Source of the DNA: Candidatus Parcubacteria bacterium
GTDB taxonomy: Bacteria > Patescibacteriota > Patescibacteriia > Patescibacteriales > UBA12465
NCBI GenBank assembly: GCA_037076615.1
Contig: AP029158.1
Span: 636,299 to 700,298 of the forward strand
DNA length: 64,000 nt
Reading direction: 5' to 3'
Shown here: positions 18,754 to 27,642 of the stretch, piece by piece
Layout: each line of letters begins with the position of its first letter
How positions within the stretch are numbered: the first letter of the stretch is position 1
The notes under the pieces: generated by a model
What the model was told of the DNA's origin: nothing
Seen by the model: only the letters and a program-made list of their open reading frames with translations
Database searches by the model: none
Position numbers and translations under genes: made by a program

Positions 18754-19110
18754 TTATTTTTTCTTTTTTGGAGCGGCCTTTTTCACAACTTTTTTAGAAG
18801 CTGCTTTTTTCGGAGCTGCTTTTTTAACCACCTTTTTGACTGCTTTTTTCGGAGCTGCCTTTTTCACAACTTTTTTAGGAGCTGCTTTTTTAACCACCTT
18901 TTTGACTGCTTTTTTCGGAGCAGCTTTTTTCACAACTTTTTTAGGAGCTGCTTTTTTAACCACCTTTTTGACTGCTTTTTTCGGAGCAGCTTTTTTCACA
19001 ACTTTTTTAGGAGCTGCTTTTTTAACCACCTTTTTGACTGCTTTTTTCGGAGCAGCTTTTTTAGGAGCGGCTTTCTTAACAACTTTTTTAGCCGGTTTTT
19101 TTGCGGGCAT
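18754..19110 (-). CDS. histone H1-like Lys/Ala/Pro/Val repeat protein
   Basis: 118 aa, almost entirely KKAAPKKAVKKVVKKAAPKKVV repeats; SD-like GGAGG upstream of the ATG; followed by a stop. Confidence 0.7.
   Translation of the reverse strand: MPAKKPAKKVVKKAAPKKAAPKKAVKKVVKKAAPKKVVKKAAPKKAVKKVVKKAAPKKVVKKAAPKKAVKKVVKKAAPKKVVKKAAPKKAVKKVVKKAAPKKAASKKVVKKAAPKKKK
18775..19075. repeat. 66-bp (22-codon) in-frame tandem repeat inside the Lys-rich gene
   Basis: Three full near-identical units at 18841-18906, 18907-18972 and 18973-19038, plus diverged partial units on both sides. Confidence 0.9.
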
Positions 19111-19223
19111 ATTTTCACCTCCTTTCAGTTGGAACTAATTTAAAATTTTTTTTAAAAAAAAATTACATCGACCGAAAACTTATTCTAATTATACATCCAG
19201 ATGAAAACGATAGCAATACTTTT

Positions 19224-20603
19224 TTATTTTTTTAAGCGAGTAAAAAAATATTTTTCCAATTCGGAAATTTTAATTCTCTCCTGAGTCATCGTATCACGAT
19301 CACGAACGGTCACCGTTTTATCTTCCAAACTATCAAAATCAACAGTAATACAAAACGGCGTCCCAATTTCATCTTGGCGACGATAACGCTTGCCGACATT
19401 ACCATTATCATCAAACTCACAAGAAAATTGGGATCGCAAATTATCATAAATTTTTCGCGCGGCCGTCACTAACTCTGTTTTATTTTTTAGTAAAGGAAAG
19501 ACGGCAATCGTGACCGGTGCTAAATCGGCCGGTAATTTTAAAACCACTCGGGTTTCTGTTTCCGAAATATTTTCTTCGTGATAAGCAGAAAGCAAGGTCA
19601 CTAAAAAACAACGATCCAAACCAAAGCTGGGCTCTAAGACGTGAGGCGTAACCTGACGATTAGTAGTAGCTTCAAAATATTCTAACTTCTGATGAGAAAA
19701 TTCACTGTGTTGTTTTAAATCAAAATCGCCGCGGTGAGCCAAGCCGCATAACTCTTTAAAACCACCAAAAGGCATATCGTATTCTAGGTCAACCGTCTTG
19801 CGGGAGTAGTGCGATAATTTTTCTCGCGGATGTTCGTAGCGCCGTATTTTTTGAGAGTCAATTCCTAAATCATCAACAAAAAAATGTTCCTGTTCCGCCA
19901 AAAGAGAATCAAACAATGATTGCCAGTCTTTTTCCGGATCAATAAAATACTCTAATTCCATTTGTTCAAATTCACGAGTTCGAAAAATAAAATTACCAAC
20001 GATAATTTCATTACGGAAAGCTTTACCAATTTGCGCAATCCCAAAAGGCAACTTCGGACGCATCACATCAACAACATTTTTGAACTCGGCAAAAATAGCC
20101 CCCGCTGTTTCTGGGCGCAAGTAGACCATTTCATCAACGCCATTCATCTCCGTTTTAAACATCATGTTAAAGAATCTGGCCGCGCTCCAATTCTTTGTTC
20201 CACAAGCCGGACAGGCAATTTCTGGCAGCGCTTTATTTAAGGCCTCTAAATCCCCTTCTAAATCTTGACCCGTGGCTTCGGCAACTAAATGATCGGCGCG
20301 CCAACGCTTGTGACATTTTTTACAATCAACCAGCGCATCATTAAAACCGCCGACGTGACCGCTGGCTTCCCATAACCGCGAAGGCAAAATAATTGGTCCA
20401 TCTAAACCATAGACTTCATCTCGACTAGAAACAAAACGATTCCACCATTTCCGTTTTATTTTATTTTTTAGCGTTACGCCGTAAGGGCCATAACTATAAG
20501 CCCCGGACAGGCCGCCATAAATTTCTCCGGCCGGAAAAACAAAGCCGCGCCTTTTGCAAAGAGAAACAATTTTTTCCATCAAATCATTAGTAGCTTCTTT
20601 CAT
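19224..20603 (-). CDS. glyQS: glycine--tRNA ligase (homodimeric GlyQS type)
   Basis: 459 aa; GLSGAYSYGPYGVTLKNKIKRKWW N-terminus, class II core, C-terminal anticodon-binding domain. Confidence 0.92.
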   Translation of the reverse strand: MKEATNDLMEKIVSLCKRRGFVFPAGEIYGGLSGAYSYGPYGVTLKNKIKRKWWNRFVSSRDEVYGLDGPIILPSRLWEASGHVGGFNDALVDCKKCHKRWRADHLVAEATGQDLEGDLEALNKALPEIACPACGTKNWSAARFFNMMFKTEMNGVDEMVYLRPETAGAIFAEFKNVVDVMRPKLPFGIAQIGKAFRNEIIVGNFIFRTREFEQMELEYFIDPEKDWQSLFDSLLAEQEHFFVDDLGIDSQKIRRYEHPREKLSHYSRKTVDLEYDMPFGGFKELCGLAHRGDFDLKQHSEFSHQKLEYFEATTNRQVTPHVLEPSFGLDRCFLVTLLSAYHEENISETETRVVLKLPADLAPVTIAVFPLLKNKTELVTAARKIYDNLRSQFSCEFDDNGNVGKRYRRQDEIGTPFCITVDFDSLEDKTVTVRDRDTMTQERIKISELEKYFFTRLKK

Positions 20604-20606
20604 ATT

Positions 20607-22295
20607 TTACATTTCCTCTAAATAAATAAGACCTAACAAATCAAAACCATTTTTTAAAACTTGACTACAGGCGCGTACTAACTGCAAGCGCCCCGCCGCC
20701 ACCCCTGGCGCCGCTTTCAGAATTGGCCGTTGTTGGTAGTAATCATTAAAGGCCTGTGCGAGCTCAAACAAATAACGAGCCACTATCGACGGATCGCGCT
20801 CAGTCGCCGCCTTACTAACCGTTTCTAAATAGCGTTCTAATTTTAAGGCCAGGACTAGTTCGGGCTCTTCATAATTAGCCCCCTCCTGACTCTCCAAAAT
20901 TTTTCCGCTTTTACTTAGTAAGCTGGCAACGCGGGCACCGGTATATTGTAAGTAAGCCGCCGTATAACCATCAAAACGTAAAGCTTCGCTAAGATCAAAA
21001 GTAATAATTTTATCAGCGGATACCTTAATCATTTCAAATTTTAAAGCACTGACCGCCAAACCGCGCGCCGTGGTAGCGACTTTTTCCGCCGACCAATCTT
21101 CGTGCCGTTTGATAATTTCTTCACGGGCCCGGGTCTCGGCCTCAGCTAAAACTTCTTGGAAGGTAATAACATTGCCAGTGCGCGAAGACATCATCCCGTT
21201 TTTCAAAGTCAAAAAATCATAACCCAAGTGCGTCATTTTTTCTTGATACCCCATCCGCTTTAAGATGGCAAACAATTGCTGAAAGTACAAACCCTGGCGG
21301 ATATCTACAACATAAATTGATTCGGCTAAATCATACTTGGCAAATTTAGCCGAGGCTAAAGCCAAGTCAGCGACCGCATAAAGAGCGGTGCCATCAGAAC
21401 GAATAATGGGCAAAACGCCTAAACCTTCAGTCTCTAAATCAGCAATAATAGCGCCTTCGCTTTTTTTAAGAATCCCCTTCGCCAACAGCTTATCTTTTAT
21501 TTCTAAACCTTGATCAATAAAATCACTCTCGTAAAAAGTATCGTCGAAGTGAATGTTTAAAATTTGATAAACAGCGGCAAAATAATCAATACTCCACTGA
21601 CGAGTCTCCTGCCATAACTGGTAAGCCTCCCCCTGACGACTCTCAATCGCCTTCATGATTTCACTGACCTCTCCCTTGGCAGTTTCATTGTCGCCAATTA
21701 ACTGGACGGCCTCACTATAACAACGACCCAATAAGTAGCCCCTCGGCTCGGTCGTCGTTGCATATTTTTCTTGCCGTTGCCAATTCCAAATAGTTTTGGC
21801 GGTATGAATACCAAAATCATTAATATAGGAAACCGGAATAACCTTTTCGCCCGCCGCCGCCAAAATTTTAGCCACCGCCGCTCCGTAAGAAATATTGCGC
21901 AGGTGGCCAACATGTAATTCTTTATGCGTATTACCATTTGAATACTCAATCATAACCGCCGGGGCTTCACGCTCAGAAACAGCGCCAAAATTTTTACCAC
22001 CACCGATAATCTCGGCGGTAGCCGCCGTCGTAAAAACATCGGGCTCTAAAAAGAAATTTAAATAAGGCCCCACCGCTCGCACCTCCTTAATTGCGGCCGG
22101 TAAATCGTCAGAAGAACTTGCGGCTGCCACTAACCTAGACGCTAATTCCTGCGCGCTAACTTTTTGTTTAGCGGCCTCGGTAAAGAGGGGCCAACTTAAG
22201 TGCCCCATTTTGGTCTCGGGCGGATAAACAAAATCCGTCGCCGCACAATTAAATTTTTTGGCCAATTCTTCTTTTAACTTTTCCAAGTAAACCAT
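20607..22295 (-). CDS. argS: arginine--tRNA ligase
   Basis: 562 aa; HVGHLRN (HIGH), MSSRTG (KMSKS-equivalent), DALR-type C-terminus ending in ...YLEEM. Confidence 0.92.
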   Translation of the reverse strand: MVYLEKLKEELAKKFNCAATDFVYPPETKMGHLSWPLFTEAAKQKVSAQELASRLVAAASSSDDLPAAIKEVRAVGPYLNFFLEPDVFTTAATAEIIGGGKNFGAVSEREAPAVMIEYSNGNTHKELHVGHLRNISYGAAVAKILAAAGEKVIPVSYINDFGIHTAKTIWNWQRQEKYATTTEPRGYLLGRCYSEAVQLIGDNETAKGEVSEIMKAIESRQGEAYQLWQETRQWSIDYFAAVYQILNIHFDDTFYESDFIDQGLEIKDKLLAKGILKKSEGAIIADLETEGLGVLPIIRSDGTALYAVADLALASAKFAKYDLAESIYVVDIRQGLYFQQLFAILKRMGYQEKMTHLGYDFLTLKNGMMSSRTGNVITFQEVLAEAETRAREEIIKRHEDWSAEKVATTARGLAVSALKFEMIKVSADKIITFDLSEALRFDGYTAAYLQYTGARVASLLSKSGKILESQEGANYEEPELVLALKLERYLETVSKAATERDPSIVARYLFELAQAFNDYYQQRPILKAAPGVAAGRLQLVRACSQVLKNGFDLLGLIYLEEM

Positions 22296-22451
22296 AAAAA
22301 TAAATCTACTCCCAAACCACCAAGAGCGACAGCTTGGAATACTCCTATTAAATATGCTACAATGTTAACAAATCTGCCAGTGTTTTTCAATCTTTAAGCG
22401 CTGTCTTAAAATTTTATTTTTTGCTAAACTTTAAAAAATATTTTTAAATCT

Positions 22452-23525
22452 ATGTCTATCCATCGACCCATTTTGAGCGCCGCCTGGCGCTTGGCAACAC
22501 GCCGAAAAAAACTCTGGGTTTTTGGTTTTTTTGCCCTCCTGGTTTTTATCGGTGGCGAATACCAAATCATTAATCAGTCTTTAAATAGTGGCTGGGGTGC
22601 TAATATTTATGAACGCCTTCTTACCGGCAGCAGCTTGCCACCAGAACTCTGGACCGCACTTCTTGGCGCTCTAAGTGTTGACTGGCGCACCAGTCTAGCG
22701 GTCATCATCTTGATTCTTCTGGTTACTGGTCTCCTATTCGGGGTTCTTTGGCTCGCAGTTAAATCGCAAATTGCCCTAATTCGTTGGGCGAAAAAAGATC
22801 ACATGGGCCAAGGCGACGAAGAGATTAGTTTATGGGAAGCGTTCACAGTTAAAGATGGGCGGTTTGGTCGAGTTTTAGCAGTTGGCGTATTAGTGGAAAT
22901 TATTATTTTTGCGACCGGCGTCTTTTTAAGTTTGCCTTTAATTTATCTGTATTTTAAAAACTCTCTCTGGGCCGTCGCCGCTTACTCCTTATTCTTCTTA
23001 ATTTTAATCCCGCTGGCTGTTTCCTTTTCTCTAATCGCTAAGTACGCTATGGCGGAAATAGTTTTAAAGAAAAAAGGCTTCACTGCTAGCGTCATTAGCG
23101 CTATTGAATTATTTAAAAAGAATTGGCTGGTTAGCTTAGAAATGGCTCTGATTCTTTTCTTTATCAACTTTAGCGTCAGCTTTATAATTCTCTTCCTCTT
23201 AACTTTTGTGGCCTTCCCGATCATGCTGACTTTGATGATCTTTGACTTAGCCCTGCCGCTAGCATTACTGATTCTTACTTGTTTTCTCCTGATAGTTTCC
23301 ATCGCTTCTTTCTTAATGACCTTCCAAACGACTGCCTGGACGAACCTCTATTTGAAAATTAAAGAACACGGGGCGCCCGCTAAAATTGAAAGAATTTTTG
23401 GAAAAGGCAAAAGCCCTAAAAAAACTCAGGCAGCCAAGGCTCCTGCCAAAACTACTAAAAAGCTGGTTTCTAAAAGGCCCCGAACCACCACCGCCAAAAA
23501 AACTACTCCTAAGAAAAAATCCTAA
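22452..23525 (+). CDS. polytopic membrane protein with Lys/Thr/Pro-rich C-terminal tail
   Basis: About 6-7 hydrophobic helices; tail GKSPKKTQAAKAPAKTTKKLVSKRPRTTTAKKTTPKKKS; stop lies 3 nt before the ATPase gene start. Confidence 0.6.
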   Translation: MSIHRPILSAAWRLATRRKKLWVFGFFALLVFIGGEYQIINQSLNSGWGANIYERLLTGSSLPPELWTALLGALSVDWRTSLAVIILILLVTGLLFGVLWLAVKSQIALIRWAKKDHMGQGDEEISLWEAFTVKDGRFGRVLAVGVLVEIIIFATGVFLSLPLIYLYFKNSLWAVAAYSLFFLILIPLAVSFSLIAKYAMAEIVLKKKGFTASVISAIELFKKNWLVSLEMALILFFINFSVSFIILFLLTFVAFPIMLTLMIFDLALPLALLILTCFLLIVSIASFLMTFQTTAWTNLYLKIKEHGAPAKIERIFGKGKSPKKTQAAKAPAKTTKKLVSKRPRTTTAKKTTPKKKS

Positions 23526-23528
23526 GCT

Positions 23529-26500
23529 ATGAATCTGAGCTCCATTGACAATTTAATTACCGACGAGGAGCCAGAAGAAGGCTCGGCGTTAGATAACTTT
23601 TCTCGAAAACAGAAAGAAATTAAAGCCCGCGAAATTGAACGCGAAGCGGAAAGACAAGCCCGACTACTCGGACTTCCTTATATTAATCTCGGTAGCTTTC
23701 CGATCAGCAGCGACGCCTTAGGTTTAGTAGAAGAAATGAGGGCTCGCGACTTAAACTTAGTTTGCTTTTTTTATGACGGCAAAGATTTTAGATTAGGGAC
23801 GACTAACCCCACGACTGAAGTAAAAGAATTTGCCGAAGAGCTCCAAAAAAAATTATACGCCAATGGAGTATTATTTTTTATCTCTGAAAATAGTTTGCAA
23901 CACGCTCTTGAGCTTTACAAAAACCTGCCGAAAGTTACCCCCTACACCGGCACGGTCGAGATCAGCCCCCAAAAATTAGTAGAGTTCCAAGAAGACTTAG
24001 CTGATTACCGCAAGTTAAACGAGCGCATCAACGAAGTTAACATCAGCGATGTTATTACTTTAATATTGGCGGCTGCCATTCGTTCCGGATCTAGCGATGT
24101 CCACGTTGAGGCGGAAGCTCGCGGCTCGGTTATTCGCCTCCGCATTGATGGCGTTTTGCACGAAGCGGCGGTGATTACTGGTGAGAAGTGGCGACGAATA
24201 GCCACCCGTCTAAAAATTCTTGCTAAGGCAAAAATTAATATCACCAATCAACCTCAGGATGGCCGTTTTAGTGTTCGCCTTGACGACCGTAAACTTGATG
24301 TCCGGTGCTCCTTTTTGCCAACAGCTTTTGGTGAGAGCGTGGTACTGCGCTTACTTGATTCTTCGGCGCAATCTTTATCTTTTGAGCGCCTGGGCTTAAG
24401 AGCAGAAGTTTTAAAAATACTCAAAGCTCAAATCAAAAAACCAAACGGCATGATTTTGACCGCCGGCCCAACTGGTTCCGGAAAAACGACGACTCTTTAT
24501 GCGATTTTAAACGAATTAAATAAACCGAATATAAAGATTATTACTCTAGAAAATCCGATTGAATATCAGTTACCCGGGATTAACCAGAGCCAAATTTCTG
24601 AAGATAAGGGCTATACTTTTGCCGAGGCCTTGCGCTCCGTCTTGCGTCAAGATCCAAATATTTTAATGGTAGGTGAAATCCGCGATTCAGAAACAGCTAA
24701 GATTGCTTTACAATCTTCAATTACTGGCCATTTAGTTTTATCAACCGTACACACCAACGATGCCGCGGGTGTGATTCCGCGCTTATTAGATTTAGAAGTT
24801 GAACCTTATCTACTGCCACCGTCTCTAAACGCCGTTATCGGGCAACGTTTAGTGCGCCGTCTTTGCCCGCACTGCCGCAAGCCTCACAAGTTGAGTAACC
24901 TCGAAAAAGAACAAATTAATAAAATTATTGGGGTCATTTCCCCCAAGTCAGGGGTGAGTGTTCCCGACCAGTTACCTCAACTCTGGAAAGTAGGCGAGGG
25001 GTGCCCGGAATGCAGTTACACCGGCTATCATGGCCGAATTGGAATTTACGAACTATTTACGATGGATGAAAAAATAAAACAGCTCACCATTGATCGGGCC
25101 CCGTCTTTTAAAATTCTCCAACAAGCCATTGAGAACGGAATGATTACCATGCTTCAAGATGGTATTTTAAAGTGCTTTGAAGGTATTACTTCAATTGAAG
25201 AGGTTTACCGTGTGGTCGGTGACTTTGATTATATCAACGAAATTTACGATATCGTTATTTCTCAAACTATTGGTCGCGGTCTAATCATCAAGGAGACGGA
25301 CCTAGCCCAAGCGAGAGAAACCACAATTGATATTAAAGCCCTTTCAGAACAGGTTAAAGTAATCTCACCCCGAGAAATTGTTAATTTAATTATGTCGCTA
25401 GCGATAGTTAAAGACGCGGGCGATGTTCATATTGAGCCCACTGACAATTTAGTTAAAGTTCGCTTCCGAATTGACGGGGTCTTACACGACATCACTAACC
25501 TCCCGAAAACTTCCTATTTACCGGTTCTAGCGGAAATGAAAATTTTAGCCGGTTTTGAAACTAACGTGAAGCGCGCCACTCTTGATGGTCGCTTTAGCTT
25601 ACACCTACCGCAACGAAAAATGGATTGTCGTATTTCGATTATCGCGGGCGGCTATGGAGAAACCATTGTAATTCGTTTATTATCGGCGGCGGCAGTGAGT
25701 CTGGATTTAGAGGAACTGGGCGTTAGCGGCCCTTCTTTTGATTGTTTGACTAAGGCGATGTCGAAGACTAAGGGTATTATTATTACGACCGGACCAACTG
25801 GCTCTGGTAAAACCACGACCCTCTACGCCATTTTGAATAAGTTAAACCGACCTGATATTAAAATTATCACCGTTGAGGATCCGATTGAGTATCAACTACC
25901 AGGAACTATTCAAACCCAGATTGATACCGAACGGGGCTACACTTTTGCCTCGGCTATGCGTTCCTTGTTGCGTCAAAATCCAAACATCATGATGATTGGT
26001 GAAATTCGCGATGCGGAAACAGCCAAAATTGCCATTGAAGCGGCCTCCACTGGCCACTTAGTGCTCTCGACGATTCATGCTAATTCGGCGGCCGGAGCGA
26101 TTTCTCGCTTCTCTGGTTTAGGTGTCGAGCGTCAAGCCCTGGCTAACGCCTTAGAATTTTCTATTGGCCAACGGTTAGTTCGACGGCTTTGTAAGCATTG
26201 CCGCCAACCCGCACACATCGATGAGGAAACACTTAGCCGCGTGCGCAGTATTTTATTACAAGTTAAAAACCCGCGAATTAAAATCCCTCAAGATTTAATA
26301 TTTTATACCGCTCCCGGCTGCGAGCACTGCAACCATATTGGCTATAAAGGAAGAGTAGGAATCTATGAGACTATTACCACCACCCCCACCATTATGAAGC
26401 TGATTCAGGATAACCTCATTACTGATTATGAGATTGAGCAAGCAGCGATTGCCGAAGGAATGGTGCCGATTGTAGTTGATGGTATCTTAAAAGCCTTAGC

Positions 26501-26540
26501 TGGAGAAACCAGTTTAGACGAAATTTTCAGAGTAATTTAA
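23529..26540 (+). CDS. tandem (double-core) GspE/PilB-family secretion/pilus ATPase
   Basis: Two complete cores. Walker A is GPTGSGKTTTLYAIL in both. Walker B regions are DPNILMVGEIRD and NPNIMMIGEIRD. His boxes are GHLVLSTVH and GHLVLSTIH. Each core has a CxxC...CxxC cluster. A T2SS-E N-terminal-like domain occurs only at the very N-terminus. Confidence 0.88.
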   Translation: MNLSSIDNLITDEEPEEGSALDNFSRKQKEIKAREIEREAERQARLLGLPYINLGSFPISSDALGLVEEMRARDLNLVCFFYDGKDFRLGTTNPTTEVKEFAEELQKKLYANGVLFFISENSLQHALELYKNLPKVTPYTGTVEISPQKLVEFQEDLADYRKLNERINEVNISDVITLILAAAIRSGSSDVHVEAEARGSVIRLRIDGVLHEAAVITGEKWRRIATRLKILAKAKINITNQPQDGRFSVRLDDRKLDVRCSFLPTAFGESVVLRLLDSSAQSLSFERLGLRAEVLKILKAQIKKPNGMILTAGPTGSGKTTTLYAILNELNKPNIKIITLENPIEYQLPGINQSQISEDKGYTFAEALRSVLRQDPNILMVGEIRDSETAKIALQSSITGHLVLSTVHTNDAAGVIPRLLDLEVEPYLLPPSLNAVIGQRLVRRLCPHCRKPHKLSNLEKEQINKIIGVISPKSGVSVPDQLPQLWKVGEGCPECSYTGYHGRIGIYELFTMDEKIKQLTIDRAPSFKILQQAIENGMITMLQDGILKCFEGITSIEEVYRVVGDFDYINEIYDIVISQTIGRGLIIKETDLAQARETTIDIKALSEQVKVISPREIVNLIMSLAIVKDAGDVHIEPTDNLVKVRFRIDGVLHDITNLPKTSYLPVLAEMKILAGFETNVKRATLDGRFSLHLPQRKMDCRISIIAGGYGETIVIRLLSAAAVSLDLEELGVSGPSFDCLTKAMSKTKGIIITTGPTGSGKTTTLYAILNKLNRPDIKIITVEDPIEYQLPGTIQTQIDTERGYTFASAMRSLLRQNPNIMMIGEIRDAETAKIAIEAASTGHLVLSTIHANSAAGAISRFSGLGVERQALANALEFSIGQRLVRRLCKHCRQPAHIDEETLSRVRSILLQVKNPRIKIPQDLIFYTAPGCEHCNHIGYKGRVGIYETITTTPTIMKLIQDNLITDYEIEQAAIAEGMVPIVVDGILKALAGETSLDEIFRVI

Positions 26541-26543
26541 TTT

Positions 26544-27119
26544 ATGCTTAATAAGAAATTTTTTGCTGATTTAATTGCTAACTACCGGGAGCAATCCCAA
26601 TCACGACGAGAAATTATCGCCGCCACTGCCCCGATTTTGTTTGCGGCTAAAACAGCCATCTTCTCCCTACACCGAGGCGAAGAAGAAAAGGCGCGCCAAA
26701 ATTTAGAGACAGCCACTGCTGCTTTAAAAACTTTACAAACCGACTATCCGCTGGAGCGATTAGAAGAAGAAGGTGCTTACCGAGCGGCGGTTGAAGAATT
26801 TGCCGAAGCTTCGTTCTTGGAACAAGCAGTTTTAAAAAATACTTTAAGTGCTAACTCTGAGGTTACCTTAAACTACGAGGCTTACTTGGGTGGCTTATGC
26901 GATTTAGTTGGCGAGTTAGTCCGTCTAGCAACTAACCGAGCCGCGGCGGGACAACTTGAGGCGCCGGCCGAATTAAAAGTTTTGGCTGATGAGGTTTTGG
27001 CGGCATTAGCGCCGGCAAATTTTACCAGCTACCTGCGAACAAAATACGATCAAGCCAATAGCCACCTGCGCAAACTTGAACAGATGGCTTACGAAATTCG
27101 TTTACGTCAAAACGCATGA
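26544..27119 (+). CDS. translin-family protein
   Basis: 191 aa; YLGGLCDLVGELVRLATN...LRTKYDQANSHLRKLEQMAYEI matches the recalled translin/TRAX C-terminal signature (YxxGxxDxxGELxR ... LRKRYD). Confidence 0.6.
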   Translation: MLNKKFFADLIANYREQSQSRREIIAATAPILFAAKTAIFSLHRGEEEKARQNLETATAALKTLQTDYPLERLEEEGAYRAAVEEFAEASFLEQAVLKNTLSANSEVTLNYEAYLGGLCDLVGELVRLATNRAAAGQLEAPAELKVLADEVLAALAPANFTSYLRTKYDQANSHLRKLEQMAYEIRLRQNA

Positions 27120-27610
27120 GCTTAGTGGCGATTTTTTCCGACCTGCATGACAACCTAAATAACTTAGATTTATTTTTAACTAAGGCCCGCGCCCAAAAAG
27201 TCGCGGCCCTTATTTTTACCGGCGACTTAACGAGCGCCGAAACCTTGAATTATCTTGCCTCGCAGTGGGACAAGCCGCTTTATTTAGTTGGCGGCAATGC
27301 CGACCTCTTTCGAAGCACTGATACTAAAAAGCGCCCCCACCTTATTTATGACGAGAATTATTTAGATTTTACTTACGAGAATTTTGACTTCTTAATTGCC
27401 CACAAGCCGACTGATTTAAAAAAAATTCTCGCTACTAACACTGTTTACGATTTCGCTTTTTACGGTCACACCCACCGCCCTTGGATAAAAAATGAAGGCG
27501 GCGTAATTATCGCCAACCCCGGTAATTTAAAAGATGGGTTCGGCCAAGCCACCTACGCTCTTTTAGATACGAGGAGTGGCTACTTAAAATTAAAAAGACT
27601 AAGTGATTAA
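27116..27610 (+). CDS. YfcE/MJ0936-type metallophosphoesterase
   Basis: Motifs SDLHDN, GDL, GGNAD, YGHTHRP; 4-nt overlap with the upstream gene. Confidence 0.8.
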   Translation: MSLVAIFSDLHDNLNNLDLFLTKARAQKVAALIFTGDLTSAETLNYLASQWDKPLYLVGGNADLFRSTDTKKRPHLIYDENYLDFTYENFDFLIAHKPTDLKKILATNTVYDFAFYGHTHRPWIKNEGGVIIANPGNLKDGFGQATYALLDTRSGYLKLKRLSD

Positions 27611-27612
27611 GA

Positions 27613-27642
27613 AAAACGGCTCCAGCAAGGAGCCGTTTTTTT
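27613..27642. terminator. bidirectional terminator between convergent genes
   Basis: Hairpin AAAACGGCTCC-AGCAA-GGAGCCGTTTT plus a T-run. Confidence 0.75.

Noticed and set aside
18775-19075. Possible CRISPR array because of regular tandem repeats
   Set aside because: The units are contiguous 66-bp repeats with no unique spacers and are in frame within a coding sequence. No cas genes are nearby.
18670-19143. Plus-strand ORFs (157 aa and 100 aa) rich in Phe/Cys/Arg/Ser
   Set aside because: They are antisense shadows of the Lys-rich repeat gene (AAA/AAG codons read as TTT/CTT). They are low-complexity, lack an SD sequence, and the minus-strand gene has a proper GGAGG-ATG start.
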